Below, piece after piece: positions 25,871 through 39,050 of a DNA stretch of 64,000 nucleotides. This DNA is from Raja brachyura (Eukaryota). Made by a program: the position numbers and the translations under genes. The notes below the pieces were generated by a model. It saw only the letters and a program-made list of their open reading frames with translations, did no database searches and was not told where the DNA came from. How positions within the stretch are numbered: the stretch's first letter is position 1; each line of letters starts with the position of its first letter. The DNA is taken from the NCBI GenBank assembly GCA_963514005.1, contig OY740823.1:8122001-8186000 (forward strand), read 5' to 3'.

Positions 25871-26845
25871 ACGGAAGGGTGTACAGCGACAAATGTTACA
25901 TCCCATGGCGGCTAACCGTTTTACATGCATTTCCCAAGAAAGACGTTGGAGAGAGAAGTGAGGACGAGCAGGTGGAGAGTTGGGGAAAATGGAGAGAGAG
26001 AAGATGAAATGGAGAATTAGAGGAGAAGATGATAGAAGAGATGGAGGGAGAGTGAACTGTCAAAGGGAGACGGAGAAGATGAAGAGAGAGGGGAGTTCAG
26101 AGTCAGTGGGAATCAAAAGGGAGAGAGGGAAGGGTCAGAGAGATACAGAGAAACGGAGGAAGAGATGCAGTGAGAGTGAGAGGGGAGGAAGGGTTAGTGA
26201 AGAGAGGTTGACCGTGAGGGCGGCGCAGAGAGGGAAATTAGAGAGGGTAAGAGAGAGAGAGTAACAGTTCAGAGAGAGTGACAGCAGTAAGGATGGAGGG
26301 AGAGAGAAAGGGAGGAGGGTGCGAGAAAGGGAGGAGTGAACTGTGCTGCATCATTCGCCGTTTTATCTACGTTTAGGACAATTCTGAGGCGGCAATGTAT
26401 CTGTCTCTGAGTGTCGTGAGGCTTTGGGACGTCCCTCCTCATGGGCGATGAAGGCAGAGAATGTGATTGTTCCAGAGCAAAGTCAGATCCTTTCCAGGCA
26501 AGCAAGGAGTGAATGGTTACCGGGCTCACCTGTCGTGTGGGATTGAGGTCACAGTCAGTTGAGCCGAGATCACATTAAGTAGCAGAGAAGAGTGGAGGGG
26601 CATTTTCGTCTGTGGTGATCTGTTGAATTAATTCTTCAACCAAGGGACAAAGGACGCCCAGTCCACCTTCAAACTGGGCAGCAGAAGCCCTGAGAGGGTG
26701 CCTGGAGTTTAGGATTGTGTTGCTCAGTGAAGCGGATTGAAGGAAATCAGACAGACAACATGAGGTGGAGAGTTGGATCTGATGGAAACAATATCCCCTT
26801 TGCTGGAACAATGCCGCTCTCAATTTCCTTACCTCAGTATCGTCA

Positions 26846-27013
26846 CAATTCCCAACCTGTGGAGTTTCCCAATCAATTCCCTGAATAAATCACAGCTTGT
26901 CTCATCGGGGATTTCACTTGGCTGATGCAATTTCTTTGGAAATCATTTCCAAATCTCTATTTTTAAACTGTTGAAACTTCACTGTCCCGGTGGAGACATA
27001 AAATGGTATAAAA
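26846..27013 (+). promoter_or_regulatory. putative proximal promoter of the GPR139-like gene
   Basis: TATAAAA at 27007-27013, about 80 bp before the ATG; NF-kB consensus GGGAAACTCC (minus, 26861-26870); kB-like GGGGATTTCA at 26907; TGATGCAAT at 26923-26931. Confidence 0.45.
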
Positions 27014-27093
27014 TCACCGGGAACGTTCTGCACCAGCATTTATATCCGAGAGATTACCGGTAGCTCACGGGGACACGTCGCTGGGCAAAGAAA

Positions 27094-29816
27094 ATGTGGG
27101 AAAAGCTTCAGGAATATTTTGACGTGGAGAAAATCTTGTACGTGACCATTGCTGCCGTTGGAGTCCCTGGTAAGTGAGCAGAACAATTCAACTTTTATAT
27201 TTCCGTGTGTTAAGCTGTGTTTAACTGATTCTGATCATGTTACAAGATGCCCAACTGATGGTCGTTGTGCAAGAATATGGGGTTTATCAATTCTCTCAGT
27301 GAGATATTTTTAAATGTTTCTTATTTCAGACAGCCGAAATCTGTGATGTTTCTTATTTTCAGACAGCCGAAACTAACCCTGGTTTTCTCTCACTGCCGGG
27401 ACCCACGAGAACGTTGTTCTTGCCTACAGTGGGATATTACCCAGAGTTGTCCCAGTGCTCGGGACAGGCAGCTCTCTGGGACGGTGTGACTGAGAGCGGT
27501 TTACACTGTGAAGTTCACTGTGTCTGAGTTATTGATCAGAGTGAACACCCGCTCCAATGGCCACGTCTCAGTGTGGAGTCTGTCACAGACGGCTGAGGAG
27601 GTGGATCTTCTGAACCAGTGGCCGCGTATCTACCGGCGTGTGTTGTTACCCATCTAAACTCACTGTGGAATGAATCCATTAACGGATCCACTCTGTTGCC
27701 TGTTATCCCTGCCTTACTTCTGGAACCATTCACATCCCCATCAGATGCAGCATTCCCAGAGCCCTGGTTAAACACGGCAGGTCGCGGTTAAGTCTGTAAA
27801 ACCAGCTCTGTCAGAGACTGTGAACAGGGTTAACACGAGGAAGGGTTATTGCGCTTATTGTAGCGGGTGGGTCCTCATTCCCTCCCTGCGCTTTACCCCG
27901 CCCGTCTCCTTATCTCTGCTCCCCTGATGCAGGCAGGTCGGGCACAGTCGGAGCCGGGTCTGACATTGTTAAAGTTGCCGCCGTGAACCGACTCCAACAC
28001 TTCTGATCAAAGACACTAGGCTTCTGATCTTTAAACCATATAACCATATAACAATTACAGCACGGAAACAGGCCATCTCGGCCCTTCAAGTCCGTGCCGA
28101 ACAACGTTTTCCCCTTAGTCCCACCTGCCTGCACTCATACCATAACCCTCCATACCCTTCTCATCCATATGCCTATCCAATTTATTTTTAAATGATACCA
28201 ACGAACCTGCCGCCACCACTTCCACTGGAAGCTCATTCCACACCGCTACCACTCTCTGAGTAAAGAAGTTCCTCCTCATGTTACCCCTAAACCTCTGTCC
28301 CTTAATTCTAAAGTCATGTCCTCTTGTTTGAATCTTCCCTATTCTCATAGGGAAAAGCTTGTCCACATCAACTCTGTCTATCCCTCTCATCATTTTAAAG
28401 ACCTCTATCAAGTCCCCCCTTAACCTTCTGCGCCCCAGAGAATAAAAGACCTAACTTATTCAACCTATCTCTGTAACTTAGCTGTTGAAACCCAGGCAAC
28501 ATTCTAGTAAATCTCCTCTGTACCCTCTCTATTTTGTTGACATCCTTCCTATAATTGGGCGACCAAAATTGTACACCATACTCCAGATTTGGTCTCACCA
28601 ATGCCTTGTACAATTTTAACATTACATCCCAGCTTCTATACTCAATGCTCTGATTTATAAAGGCTAGCATACCAAAAGCTTTCTTTACCACCCTATCTAT
28701 ATGAGATTCCACCTTCAAGGAACTATGCACGGTTATTCCCAGATCCCTCTGTTCAACTGTATTCTTCAATTCCCTACGGTTTACCATGTACGTCCTATTT
28801 TGATTTGTCCTGCCAAGGTGTAGCACCTCACATTTAGTTGAATGTCGAGCCGGTGCTCAGCCCCGGAGAACGTGTTCAATAATGCCCAGTGTTTGTCCCC
28901 TTCTCTTTCCGCAGTGAATTTAGTGGCGATTGTGATCCTGTCCCGGGGAAAGTGCGGCCTCTCCACCTGCACCACTCGCTACCTGGTGGCCATGGCAGCG
29001 GCCGATCTACTGGTCCTTATCAACGAGGTCATTTTGTATTGGATTCGACATCATTACATTAATTGGAGTTTCCCGGCCCCTGTGTGCAGTGTTATCGATG
29101 TACTGAGGTTTGCGTCTACAGACTGTTCCGTCTGGTTCACCGTCACTTTCACCTTTGATCGGTTTGTGGCCATTTGTTGCCAGAAGCTGAAAATAAAATA
29201 TTGCACCGGGAAAACTGCGGCTGCGGTTCGGGCAACAGCCGGCGTTCTGCTCTGGCTGAAAAACGTTCCCCGCTACTTCACAGTGGAACCCCGGGGAATC
29301 ATGGACAATGTCCCGTGGCTGTGTGTCTTGAAAGACAGTTATTACATTGACCCCGTGTGGGTGGCATTTGACTGGTTCGACACAGTTTCAACGCCGCTCC
29401 TTCCTTTCGCTGTAATCCTGCTGCTCAACGCTCTGACAGTCCGGCACATTTTAGTGGCCAGTCGGGTCCGTGAGGGGCTGAGGGGTGAGAGCAAGGGGGA
29501 GAACCGCAGTGACCCGGAGATGGAGAGCAGGAGGAGGTCAGTGGTTTTACTCTTCACCATCTCCGGCAACTTCATCCTCCTGTGGCTGACGTTTGTTGTA
29601 CAATTCGTCTATTATCAGATCACAGGAACTGGAAATGATTGGAATGAATCTCAATGGATCTTTAACAACGTCGGTTTTTTGCTGAGGAATCTCAGCTGCT
29701 GCACGAACACATTTATTTATGCGGCGACCCTGTCCAAGTTCAGGGAGCAGGTGAAGAGCGCGGTGAAATATCCGCTCACCTCAGTGCTTCGGCTCATTAA
29801 TAAATCCGCGCCCTGA
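27094..29816 (+). CDS. GPR139-like: GPR139/GPR142-like class A GPCR, two exons (27094-27169, 28915-29816), 325 aa, intact
   Basis: Exon 1 MWEKLQEYFDVEKILYVTIAAVGVP ends G|GTAAGT; exon 2 follows a pyrimidine tract and GCAG; phase-1 join reads GVP-V-NLVAIVILSR; seven hydrophobic segments, MAAADLL, SVWFTVTFTFDRFVAIC, LLPF, CCTNTFIY...SKFR; 978 nt in frame. Confidence 0.88.
28034..28836 (-). mobile_element. young CR1 LINE (TATATGGT family) in the GPCR intron
   Basis: Nearly identical to 8343-9185; 1-nt frameshift near 28445; ends about 80 bp upstream of the exon-2 acceptor. Confidence 0.92.
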
Positions 29817-29984
29817 GCGCATCCATCCCAGAGGCGGCCGCAGTCTCTCCGCTCCGGGCTCCGGCTCCTGACATTCACTGCTGGATCTTCCAGGTGTCAG
29901 TCCCAGGCAGATGATCCCATCGACTGCCCCGCTCAGGGACCTCCAGCCCGTCACAGCGAGATCAGTCACATTGATCCTAGTTCG

Positions 29985-30348
29985 CCCTGGACCCAATCAC
30001 CCCGTCTCCCTCCGCTTGGACACTGGTCTAGGGTAAACTCCGCCCTGGGACCAGTCGTCCCGCCTCTCTCCGCTGTGGGGCCGGTCTGGGGTATACCCCG
30101 CCCTGGGACCAGTGGTCCCGTCTCCCTCCACAGTGGGGACCAGTCTCGTGTAAACTCCGCCCTGGGACCAATCACCCCGTCTCCCTCCACAGTGGGGACA
30201 AGTCTCGGATAAACTCCGCCCTGGGACCAGTCGTCCCATCTCCCTCCACAGTGGGGACCGGTCTGGGGTAAACTCCGCCCTGGGACCAATCACCCCGTCT
30301 CCCTCCGCAGTGGGGACTGGTCTGGGGTAAACTCCACCCTGGGACCAA
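29985..30348. repeat. minisatellite, about 6 copies of a 58-59 bp GC-rich unit
   Basis: Unit CTGGGACCA...TCTCCCTCCACAGTGGGGACC.GTCT.GGGTAAACTCCGCC starting at about 29987, 30045, 30103, 30162, 30221, 30280, 30339. Confidence 0.9.
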
Positions 30349-30669
30349 TGTTCTCTTCTCCCCCTCAGAACTGTCACCTGAACGTGTTCCGTCCAGTATT
30401 ACCATCCCCAGAATGGTACATCCCCCTGCCCGTGCTTGGCCCATATCCCTCTCAATCTGTCCTATCCTTGTACCCATCAAAATGTTTCTTAAACATTACA
30501 ATAGTACATACCTCTGGCAGTCTGTCCCATCCACCCATCACCTTGCGTGTACGAGGAAATTCTGTGCTATTTTGTGCAGGGCCGTACGCAGCTTTTCAAA
30601 AAGGGGGTGTGACATGACAGGATTACACATTTTTTAAAGTGATATAATGTGCGCGAAGCATGAATATAA

Positions 30670-31455
30670 TAGTTTCTTTATTGTCATTGTAACATGAACC
30701 ATGTACAACAAAATTTAAAAATGTCAGCCAGTCAGTGCAACATTCAAACCATAAAAGCTAATGATTTATACAAGGTAAAATATTTTAAAAAAGATGATAA
30801 ACAACTAAAATAAATATGAAATATAAAAACATCACGCATAAACACCCGACCCTACATCCTTCTGTCGATTTCACAGTGTACCAACCATAGTCCCTTAGTC
30901 CCCGCGTTCCTTGGCGGCTACATTTAGTGCCTTTATAGCAGTGGGGTAAAAACTGTTTTTAAGTGTGTTTGTCCTTGTCCTTGTAGATCTGTACCGTCCA
31001 CCTGACGGCAACAGTTCAAACAGGGAGTGTCCGGGGTGGGAAATGTCCTTTATAATATTCTGGGATTTTTTGATGCAGCGGGAACTGTGTAAGTCCTCCA
31101 AGGTAAGGAGAGGGCAGCCGACAATCCTCTGGGCGTTGTCAATGGCCCTCTGGAGCGCTTTCCTCTGAGCTGCTGTGCAGCTGGTGTACCACACACATAC
31201 ACAGTATGTTAGGATGCTCTCAATGGAGCACCGATAAAAGGACAGCAGCAGTCTCTGTGTGATGTTATTCTTCCTGAGCACCCTCAGGAAGTGCAGTCTC
31301 TGCTGGACCTTTTTCAGCAGCGCAGAGGTGTTCACGCTCCACGTCAGGTCCTCCTCAATATGGATTCCCAGGAAGCAGAAATCCGCCACCCTCTCCACAC
31401 AGTCCCCTCTGATGATTAGTGGTACCATTTCTGTTTTGTTCTTCCTGAAGTCTAT
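30670..31455 (-). mobile_element. Rex1/Babar-like LINE, 5'-truncated
   Basis: 177-aa ORF VERV..F.FLGIHIEEDLTWS...QQRLHFLR...FYRCSIESILTYC...HPGHSLFELLPSG...LKNSFYP. Confidence 0.85.
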
Positions 31456-32631
31456 TATTATCCGTCGTTGCAGGGGTCCAGGGCCTGCTTAAGGGCCCTG
31501 AAGGTTCTGAAGTTTTAGAAGCTCTCTGATGCATTCTGAGCCTGATTTTGGAGCATTTGGCACCAAATTTATAACCAATATTTCAGAAATTAACAGGAAT
31601 CTTTTTTCACACAAGGGTTGGTAGGTGTATGGAATACGCTGCCATAGGAGGTAGTTAAGGCTGGGACTATCCTAATGTTTAAGAGACATTTGGACACGTA
31701 CATGGATAGCACAGTTTAGATAGACCCAAATGTGTGTGAGTGGGAGTAGTGTAGATGGGACATGTTGGTCGGTGTGGGCAAGTTGGGCTGAAGGGCCTAT
31801 TTCCACACTGCATCACTCTATGACTAATAAGTTAAGAAGACAAATGCATGTAGATAAGTAGAGCAGATTGTGACGGTGCTTGCCCTCTGCTACCTTGAGT
31901 GATGCAGGGCAGGACACGAACTTTGGGACACGCTGTGAAGCTGTTGCAGTCCGTCCCAGCCTGGTAAAAGCCAGAATGGAGAGGATGTTTCCACTAGTGG
32001 GAGAGTCTAGGACCAGTGGCCACAGCCTCAGAATTAAAAGACGTTCCTTTCGGAAGGAGATGAGCAGAAATTTCTTAAGTTAGAGGGTGGCGAACTGTGG
32101 AATTCATTGCCACAGACAGCTGTGGAGGCCAAGCCAATGGACATTTTCAGGAGGAGATGGATAGATTCTTGATTGATATTGTAACATGAACCATGTACAA
32201 CAAAATTTAAAAATGTCAGCCAGTCAGTTTAAAACAAAGATAGACACAAAAAGCGAGACCCCTCTTCAGAACCCAGGTCTCTGCCCCCCCCCCCCCCCCC
32301 CTGAGGCAGCAGCTTCACTAGCAGGCATGTGGCATGATATACGCTTTATATTATCGGTCTGACCCAAAACGTCACCCATTCCTTCTCCCCAGAGATGGTG
32401 CCTGTCCCGCTGCGTTGCTCCAGCAGTTTGTGCCTATCTTCAATTGAAACCAGCATCTGCAGTTCCTTCATACACATGTACGATTACAATCAAGCTGTCC
32501 ACAGTATATAGACCGACACATGATAAAGGATAAAGGGAATAACCTTCTAGTGCAAGAACGCCCGATTAAAGATAGTCCATGGGACTCCAAAGTGGGAGGT
32601 TGATGGGAGGACAGGACCGCTCTCTAATTGG

Positions 32632-32890
32632 TCCAGTCTTGATCTTGGCTGCTGTCTGTGTGGAGTTTCCACGGTCTCCCCGTGACTGCGTGCGTTTTCA
32701 CCGGGCGCTCCGGTTTCCTCGCACACTCCAAAGGCGTGCGGTTTTGTCGGTTAATTGGGCCTCTGTAAAATTGCCTCCTTGAGGGTCAGGAGTGGATGGG
32801 AAAGTGGGATAACATTAGACTAGTATGAACGGCTGATCGATGGTCGGCATGGACTCAGTGGGCCGAAGGGCCTGTTTCCGCGCTCAGCTA
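32632..32890 (+). mobile_element. V-SINE (HE1-like), 5'-truncated
   Basis: V-domain GCTGTCTGTGTGGAGTTT...CTCCCCGTGACTGCGTG...GCTCCGGTTTCCTC.CACACTCCAAAG and a CR1-like tail TGGGCCGAAGGGCCTGTTTCC. Confidence 0.75.
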
Positions 32891-33076
32891 TATATGTATC
32901 TCCAAACTAACCTAAACGTCTGCAGTAGGAACAAAGAACTGCAGATGCCAGTTTACACCAAACAACGACACAAAGTGCTGGAGTAACTCAGCGGGCCGGG
33001 CAGCATCTCTGGAGTAAAGCGGTGAGTGACGTTTCGGGTCGGGACCCTTCTTCACGGGAGAGAGGAGGAGAAGTTC

Positions 33077-33577
33077 GCAGAGAAGGTTCACCAGACTGAT
33101 TCCTGGGATGTCAGGACTGTCTTATGAACAAAGACTGCATAGACTCGGTTTATGCTCTCTAGAATTTAGGAGATTGAGAGGGGATCTTATAGAAACTTAC
33201 AAAATTCTTAAGGGGTTGGACAGGCTAGATGCAGGAAGATTGTTCCCGATGTTGGGGAGGTCCAGGACAAGGGGTCACAGCTTAAGGATAAGGGGGAAAT
33301 CCTTTAGGACCGAGATGAGAAGGACTTTTTTCACACAGAGAGTGGTGGGTCTCTGGAACTCTCTGCCACAGAGGGTAGTTGAGGCCAGTTCATTGGCTGT
33401 ATTTAAGAGGGAGTTAGATGTGGCCCTTGTGGCTAAGGGGATCAGAGGGTATGGAGAGAAGGCAGGTACGGGGTACTGAGTTGGATGATCAGCCATGATC
33501 ATATTGAATGGCGGTGCAGTCTCGAAGGGCCGAATGGCCTACTCCTGCACCTAATTTCTATGTTTCTATGTTTCTAT
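33077..33577 (+). mobile_element. CR1 LINE 3' fragment (TTTCTATG family)
   Basis: Nearly identical to the 3' end of 23383-24665; ORF 33108-33479. Confidence 0.88.
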
Positions 33578-33619
33578 ATGGGTGTCAGGGGTAATGGGGA
33601 GAAGGCAGGAGAATTAGTT

Positions 33620-34095
33620 TGAGAAGGAAAGATAGATAGAGTGATACAGTGTGAAAACAGGCCCTTCGGCCTAGCATGTCCCATCTACATTTGTCCCACC
33701 TGCCCACGTTTGATCCATATCCCTCCAAACCTGTCCTATCCATGTACCTGTCTAACTGTTTCTTAAATGTTATGATAGTCCCTGCCTCAACTACCTCCTC
33801 TGGCAGCTTGTTCCATTCACCTACCACTCTTTGAGTGAAAAATATACCCCTCAGATTCCTATTAAATACTTTCCTCTTCACCTTAAAGTTATGTCGTCTG
33901 CTCCTCGATTCACATACTCTGGGCAAACGACTGAACCTGATCTATTCAAATCATGATTTGATACACCTCTATTACATCATCCCTCATCCTCCTGTGCTCC
34001 ATGAAATAGAGACCCAGTCTACGCAACCTCTCCCTATAGCTCAGACCCTCTAGTCCTGGCAACATCCTCATAAATCTTCACTGTACCCTTTCCAG
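33620..34095 (-). mobile_element. older CR1 LINE 3' fragment
   Basis: NLRGIFFTQRVVGEWNKLPEEVVEAG...FKKQLDRYM. Confidence 0.75.
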
Positions 34096-34959
34096 TTTGA
34101 GGACGAGATTGGCGAGGGCCCGACGGGTTCAGATTCAGTTGTTCCCGCTCCCGCCCGGCAACGGGAGAACGATCTGCCCGGACCGCCTGCCAGCAGCAGA
34201 CCCGCTCCCTGGACGCCAGGCGTTGGACGGTCACCGCAGCGCCTGACCTCTCCCCCCTCACCCCTCACTACCCCAGCCTGGAGAAATGGGGTTTTCCCCC
34301 AAGGATAAGAAACAGACGCCCCTCCCACAACGCAATATTCCACTACTGTCTGGTACCCTCTCCAAAACCACAATTTCTTCCCTTTAATGGGGCGATTGGA
34401 TCTGTACTCAATGCTCCAATTGCGGCCTCATCAAACTCATATAGAACTGCATCATGACTTCCTGACCCTTATGCTCAATACCCCTAGCAATGAACGAAAG
34501 CACACCATACGTCCACTTTACCATCAATATGTGCTGCCAACTGCAGCGAGCTATGAACTTGGACTCCTAGATCCTTCAGCACATCCATGTTCTTCAGAAT
34601 CTATCAAGTTACTGTATAAAACAGCCTATCATTGATGATCATTGAATGGTGGCAGCTTCACGTAAATTAAAATGGATTTCAGATGGTAAGCGAGGATCAA
34701 ATGTGAGGGAAATGTCTTTTCCGATTCAAATGGATTATAAATGGATTATAATATGTTCACTGTGGAGGAATGATGTGTTGTTTCCAAGACCATATGTAAT
34801 AATAAAAGGGATTGAAGCATCTTTTATTTGCAGCGCCAAGCCAAATGTTATTAACTAACTATTAAGAGACGTTGAGGGTATGTTGGCAATTGGCTAGGAT
34901 AGACTGGCAAATTATACATAAAGTGTTGATGGTGGAGATGTAATCGCAAATATTTAAAG

Positions 34960-36785
34960 ACCGCATGGACTTTAAAGACTCCAAAATATGTTCATCCCCA
35001 GAAAGAAATAATATGGGGAAGGCGGCTCAACGTGACTAACGAGGGAAATCAAGGATAGTGTTAAATCCAAGGAAGAGGTTATAGAAATTGGCCAGAGGAC
35101 TGGAAGAAATTTAGAACCCAACAGGGTTAATTAAGAGCGGGAAAAGAGAGCATGAAAGAATGCTTGCAGGGAATATCAGGCTACAATATCTTCTTTAGAT
35201 ATGTAAAAAGGAAAAGATCAGTGAAGAAAATTTACAATCAGAGACAGGTGAAATTCTAATTGAAAGCAAGGAACTGGCAGGACATTTAAACGAGTACTTT
35301 GGTTCAGTATTTACTAAGGAAGACAAAAACAATCTCCCAGACATACTAGGGACCGAGGATTTAGTGGGAGGGAGGAACTGAAGGGAACCCACGTTAGCCA
35401 GGAAATGGTGTTATGTAAACTGTTGGGACTGAAGACAGATAAATCCGCAGGGCCTGATTGTCTGCATCCCAGAGTATTCAAGGAGGTGGCCCTAGAAATC
35501 GTGGATGCATTGGTGATCATTCTCCAATATTCTCCAGACTGGATCCATTCCTGCAGGGTAGCCGTTGTAGCTCCACTTTTTAAGAAAGGAGGGAGAGAGA
35601 AAACAGGGAATTATAGACCAGTTAGCCTTACATCGGTCATGGGGAAGATGCTTGAGTCAATTATTAAAGATGTTACAGCGACGCATTTGGAAAGCAGTGA
35701 CAGGATTGGTCAAAGTCTGCATGGCTTTATGAAGGGAAATCATGCTTGACTGATCTTCTGGAATTTTTTGAGGATGTAGAATGGATAAGAGAGAGCCAGT
35801 GGGTGTGGTGTATCTGGACTTTTATAAAATCTTTGACAAGGTCCCACACAAGAGATTAGTGTGCAAAATTAGATCACATAGTATTGGGGGAAGGGTATTG
35901 ATATGGATAGAGAACTGGTTAGCAGACAGGAAGCAAAGGGTAGGATAAACTGGTCCTTTTCAGAATGGCAGGCAGTGACCAATGGGGTGCGGCAAGGCTC
36001 AGTGATGGGACCCCAGTTATTTGCAATATTTATTAATGATTTAGACGAGTGAAATAAATGTGTCAATTCCAAGTTAAGTTTATGGATGACACAAAGCTGG
36101 GTGGCAGTGGGAGCTGCGATGCAGATGTTATGAGGCTGCAAGGTGACTTAAAATAAGAAAGATGCATGGCAGATGCAGTATAATGTGGATACATATGAGG
36201 TTATCCACTTTGGTGGCAAGAACAAGAAGGCAGTTTATTATCTGATTGGTGTCAGATTGGAAAAAGGGGAGATTGCAATGAGACCTGGGTGTACATCAGT
36301 CACTGAAAGTAAGCATGCAGGTTCGGCAGGCAGTGAAGAAATTTAACGGCCTTCATTGCGAGAGGATTTGAGTTTCGGAGCAAGGAGGTCCTACTGGCAG
36401 TTGTACAGGGACCAACTGAGACTACACCTGGAGTATTGTGTGCAATTTTGATCTCCTAATTTCAGGATGGACATTATTGCTATTGGAGGAGTGCAGCGTA
36501 GGTTCATCAGGTTAATTCCCGGGATGGCGGGACTGAGAGGCTATATGCAGGAAAAATGTTCCCGACGTTGGGGGAGTCCAGAACTAGGGATCATAGTTTA
36601 AGAATAAGGGATAGGCCATGTAGGACTCTTGGGTCTTAGGACTAATGGAATCAAGGGATGGGGGGGGGGGGAGCAGGAACGTACTGAATTTAGATGATCA
36701 GCCATGATTATGTTGAATGGTGTCTGTTCGAAGTTTCGAATGACACATCTTTTTCTATATTTCTATGTTTCCTCTATGTTTCTAA
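34960..36785 (+). mobile_element. older degraded CR1 LINE
   Basis: KSAGPDCLHPRVFKE, NYRPVSLTS, multiple frameshifts, TTCTATGT tail. Confidence 0.85.
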
Positions 36786-36880
36786 CACATGACGCGTCAA
36801 GTATCAAGAATGTATAATTTTCGTAAGTTCCGAAAGCGGTACAATTAAATTCTTACTTGGGCCTGGACGTACATGGCAGT

Positions 36881-37455
36881 NNNNNNNNNNNNNNNNNNNN
36901 NNNNNNNNNNNNNNNNNNNNNNNNNNNNNNNNNNNNNNNNNNNNNNNNNNNNNNNNNNNNNNNNNNNNNNNNNNNNNNNNNNNNNNNNNNNNNNNNNNNN
37001 NNNNNNNNNNNNNNNNNNNNNNNNNNNNNNNNNNNNNNNNNNNNNNNNNNNNNNNNNNNNNNNNNNNNNNNNNNNNNNNNNNNNNNNNNNNNNNNNNNNN
37101 NNNNNNNNNNNNNNNNNNNNNNNNNNNNNNNNNNNNNNNNNNNNNNNNNNNNNNNNNNNNNNNNNNNNNNNNNNNNNNNNNNNNNNNNNNNNNNNNNNNN
37201 NNNNNNNNNNNNNNNNNNNNNNNNNNNNNNNNNNNNNNNNNNNNNNNNNNNNNNNNNNNNNNNNNNNNNNNNNNNNNNNNNNNNNNNNNNNNNNNNNNNN
37301 NNNNNNNNNNNNNNNNNNNNNNNNNNNNNNNNNNNNNNNNNNNNNNNNNNNNNNNNNNNNNNNNNNNNNNNNNNNNNNNNNNNNNNNNNNNNNNNNNNNN
37401 NNNNNNNNNNNNNNNNNNNNNNNNNNNNNNNNNNNNNNNNNNNNNNNNNNNNNNN
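36881..37455. other. assembly gap
   Basis: Run of N. Confidence 1.
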
Positions 37456-38903
37456 ATAATGAAAACCCTACAGTGGAAGTGTTGAAAGAACTCGATTCCT
37501 CCATTGATCTCGCGTGCTTAGACATTTCTTCAAGTGGAGATTCAAGTGGGCAGCAAAATAATATTCTGAAGTGAATCCGTAATATAAAATCGCATTATTT
37601 TATTTGAACAAGATATGATAAAATAGACTCCCTCGGAGAATTCAGTTGATTCGCGCCAACTGCCGATATCGTTAAAACATATAATCGCCATCGAGAATGA
37701 TATCTTCATTGCCTTATTTGTGTTGCTCTAAAAAGGGCTGGAAGCAGATCAGCTGATTTCAACAGCCCCAGACCTGTTCGTTTACTGAGGGACAGAAACA
37801 GAATCAATGTTCCCCCAGAGGCGGAAAACAGATAAAGTGAGAAAGGAATGCAAATCTCCGAACAGATTTCATCAGAGACATTTATTTTAAATTGTCAACG
37901 TTCTCTCCTGTAAATAAAATAAAGTTGATGTGCATATGGATGATGTTAGTCAATAATATGTCTACAAAACTAGGTTAACTGAGAACATGCATCATATCCC
38001 TTTATTTACCAACAATGGCTGGGATCAATAAGATTCTCTGCATGCATTTGAATGGCACACGTGACAAATTCACAGATGCATAGAAAATACAATAAGTTCA
38101 AATTCAAGTCAGAAGAATACTATGTTGGAACGCGGGAAACTTTAATTGTCCGTATGCACCTTAAAATTTTCGACACTCCTCGTGTTTTCCTCACAAATCG
38201 GTGAACTACTGTTTCTATCTATCTCCTCAGATAACTCTAGTGGATTCTTCTTCAGATATCTCTATTAGGTTTTTCGACACCATCCGCCCAACCAGTGCAA
38301 GCTGAATCATTGAAACACTATCCAACAAATATGCTCATTGATTGATTGGTTAGAATGTGCCTTCATTCAGCTTTGCTCTTTGGAAGCAGCATCTGAAAAT
38401 CAACACCACATGAATCATCCCTAATGCCGATCATTTCTCCAATCACTCCACAGATCCACAATTCCCCTCCTGCACTATGCCGTCCATTAATTTCCTTCCG
38501 ATCTCTTAATGACATTTTAATAGAATGTTGTGTTTGCTTTGTATCAATTTCCTCTACTGCCTTTTATGTAACAAATCTCGATATTGCCATTTTATCTGTA
38601 GGGCTGTATGGTGACCACACATTTCACTGTACCAACTGGAACATGTGACAAATAAATGTATCTTGATATTGGAATGGACAGTCCCAATATTGTTCGAGCG
38701 GCTCATATTGATAACAACGAATGTGTTGGAAAGAACTGCAGATGCTGCTTTAAATCGAAGCTCGACACAAAATGCTGGAGTAACTCAGCGGGACAGGCAG
38801 CATCTCTGGAGGTCTGAAGAAGGGTCTCGACCCAGAACGTCACACATTCCTTCTCTCCAGAGATGCTGCCTGTCCCGCTGAGTTTCTCCAGCATTTTGTT
38901 TCC

Positions 38904-39050
38904 NNNNNNNNNNNNNNNNNNNNNNNNNNNNNNNNNNNNNNNNNNNNNNNNNNNNNNNNNNNNNNNNNNNNNNNNNNNNNNNNNNNNNNNNNNNNNNNNN
39001 NNNNNNNNNNNNNNNNNNNNNNNNNNNNNNNNNNNNNNNNNNNNNNNNNN
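38904..39050. other. assembly gap
   Basis: Run of N. Confidence 1.

Noticed and set aside
28842-28914. ATG at 28842 as the GPCR start
   Set aside because: It lies in the intron and reads through the pyrimidine tract; the first half of TM1 is supplied by exon 1 at 27094-27169.
29985-30348. CRISPR-like array or coding repeat ORFs
   Set aside because: Head-to-tail units with no unique spacers in eukaryotic DNA; the ORFs are artefacts of a GC-rich minisatellite.
37848-37855. ATGCAAAT as the IgH promoter octamer
   Set aside because: 1.6 kb upstream of the leader and across a gap; a single 8-mer is expected by chance.
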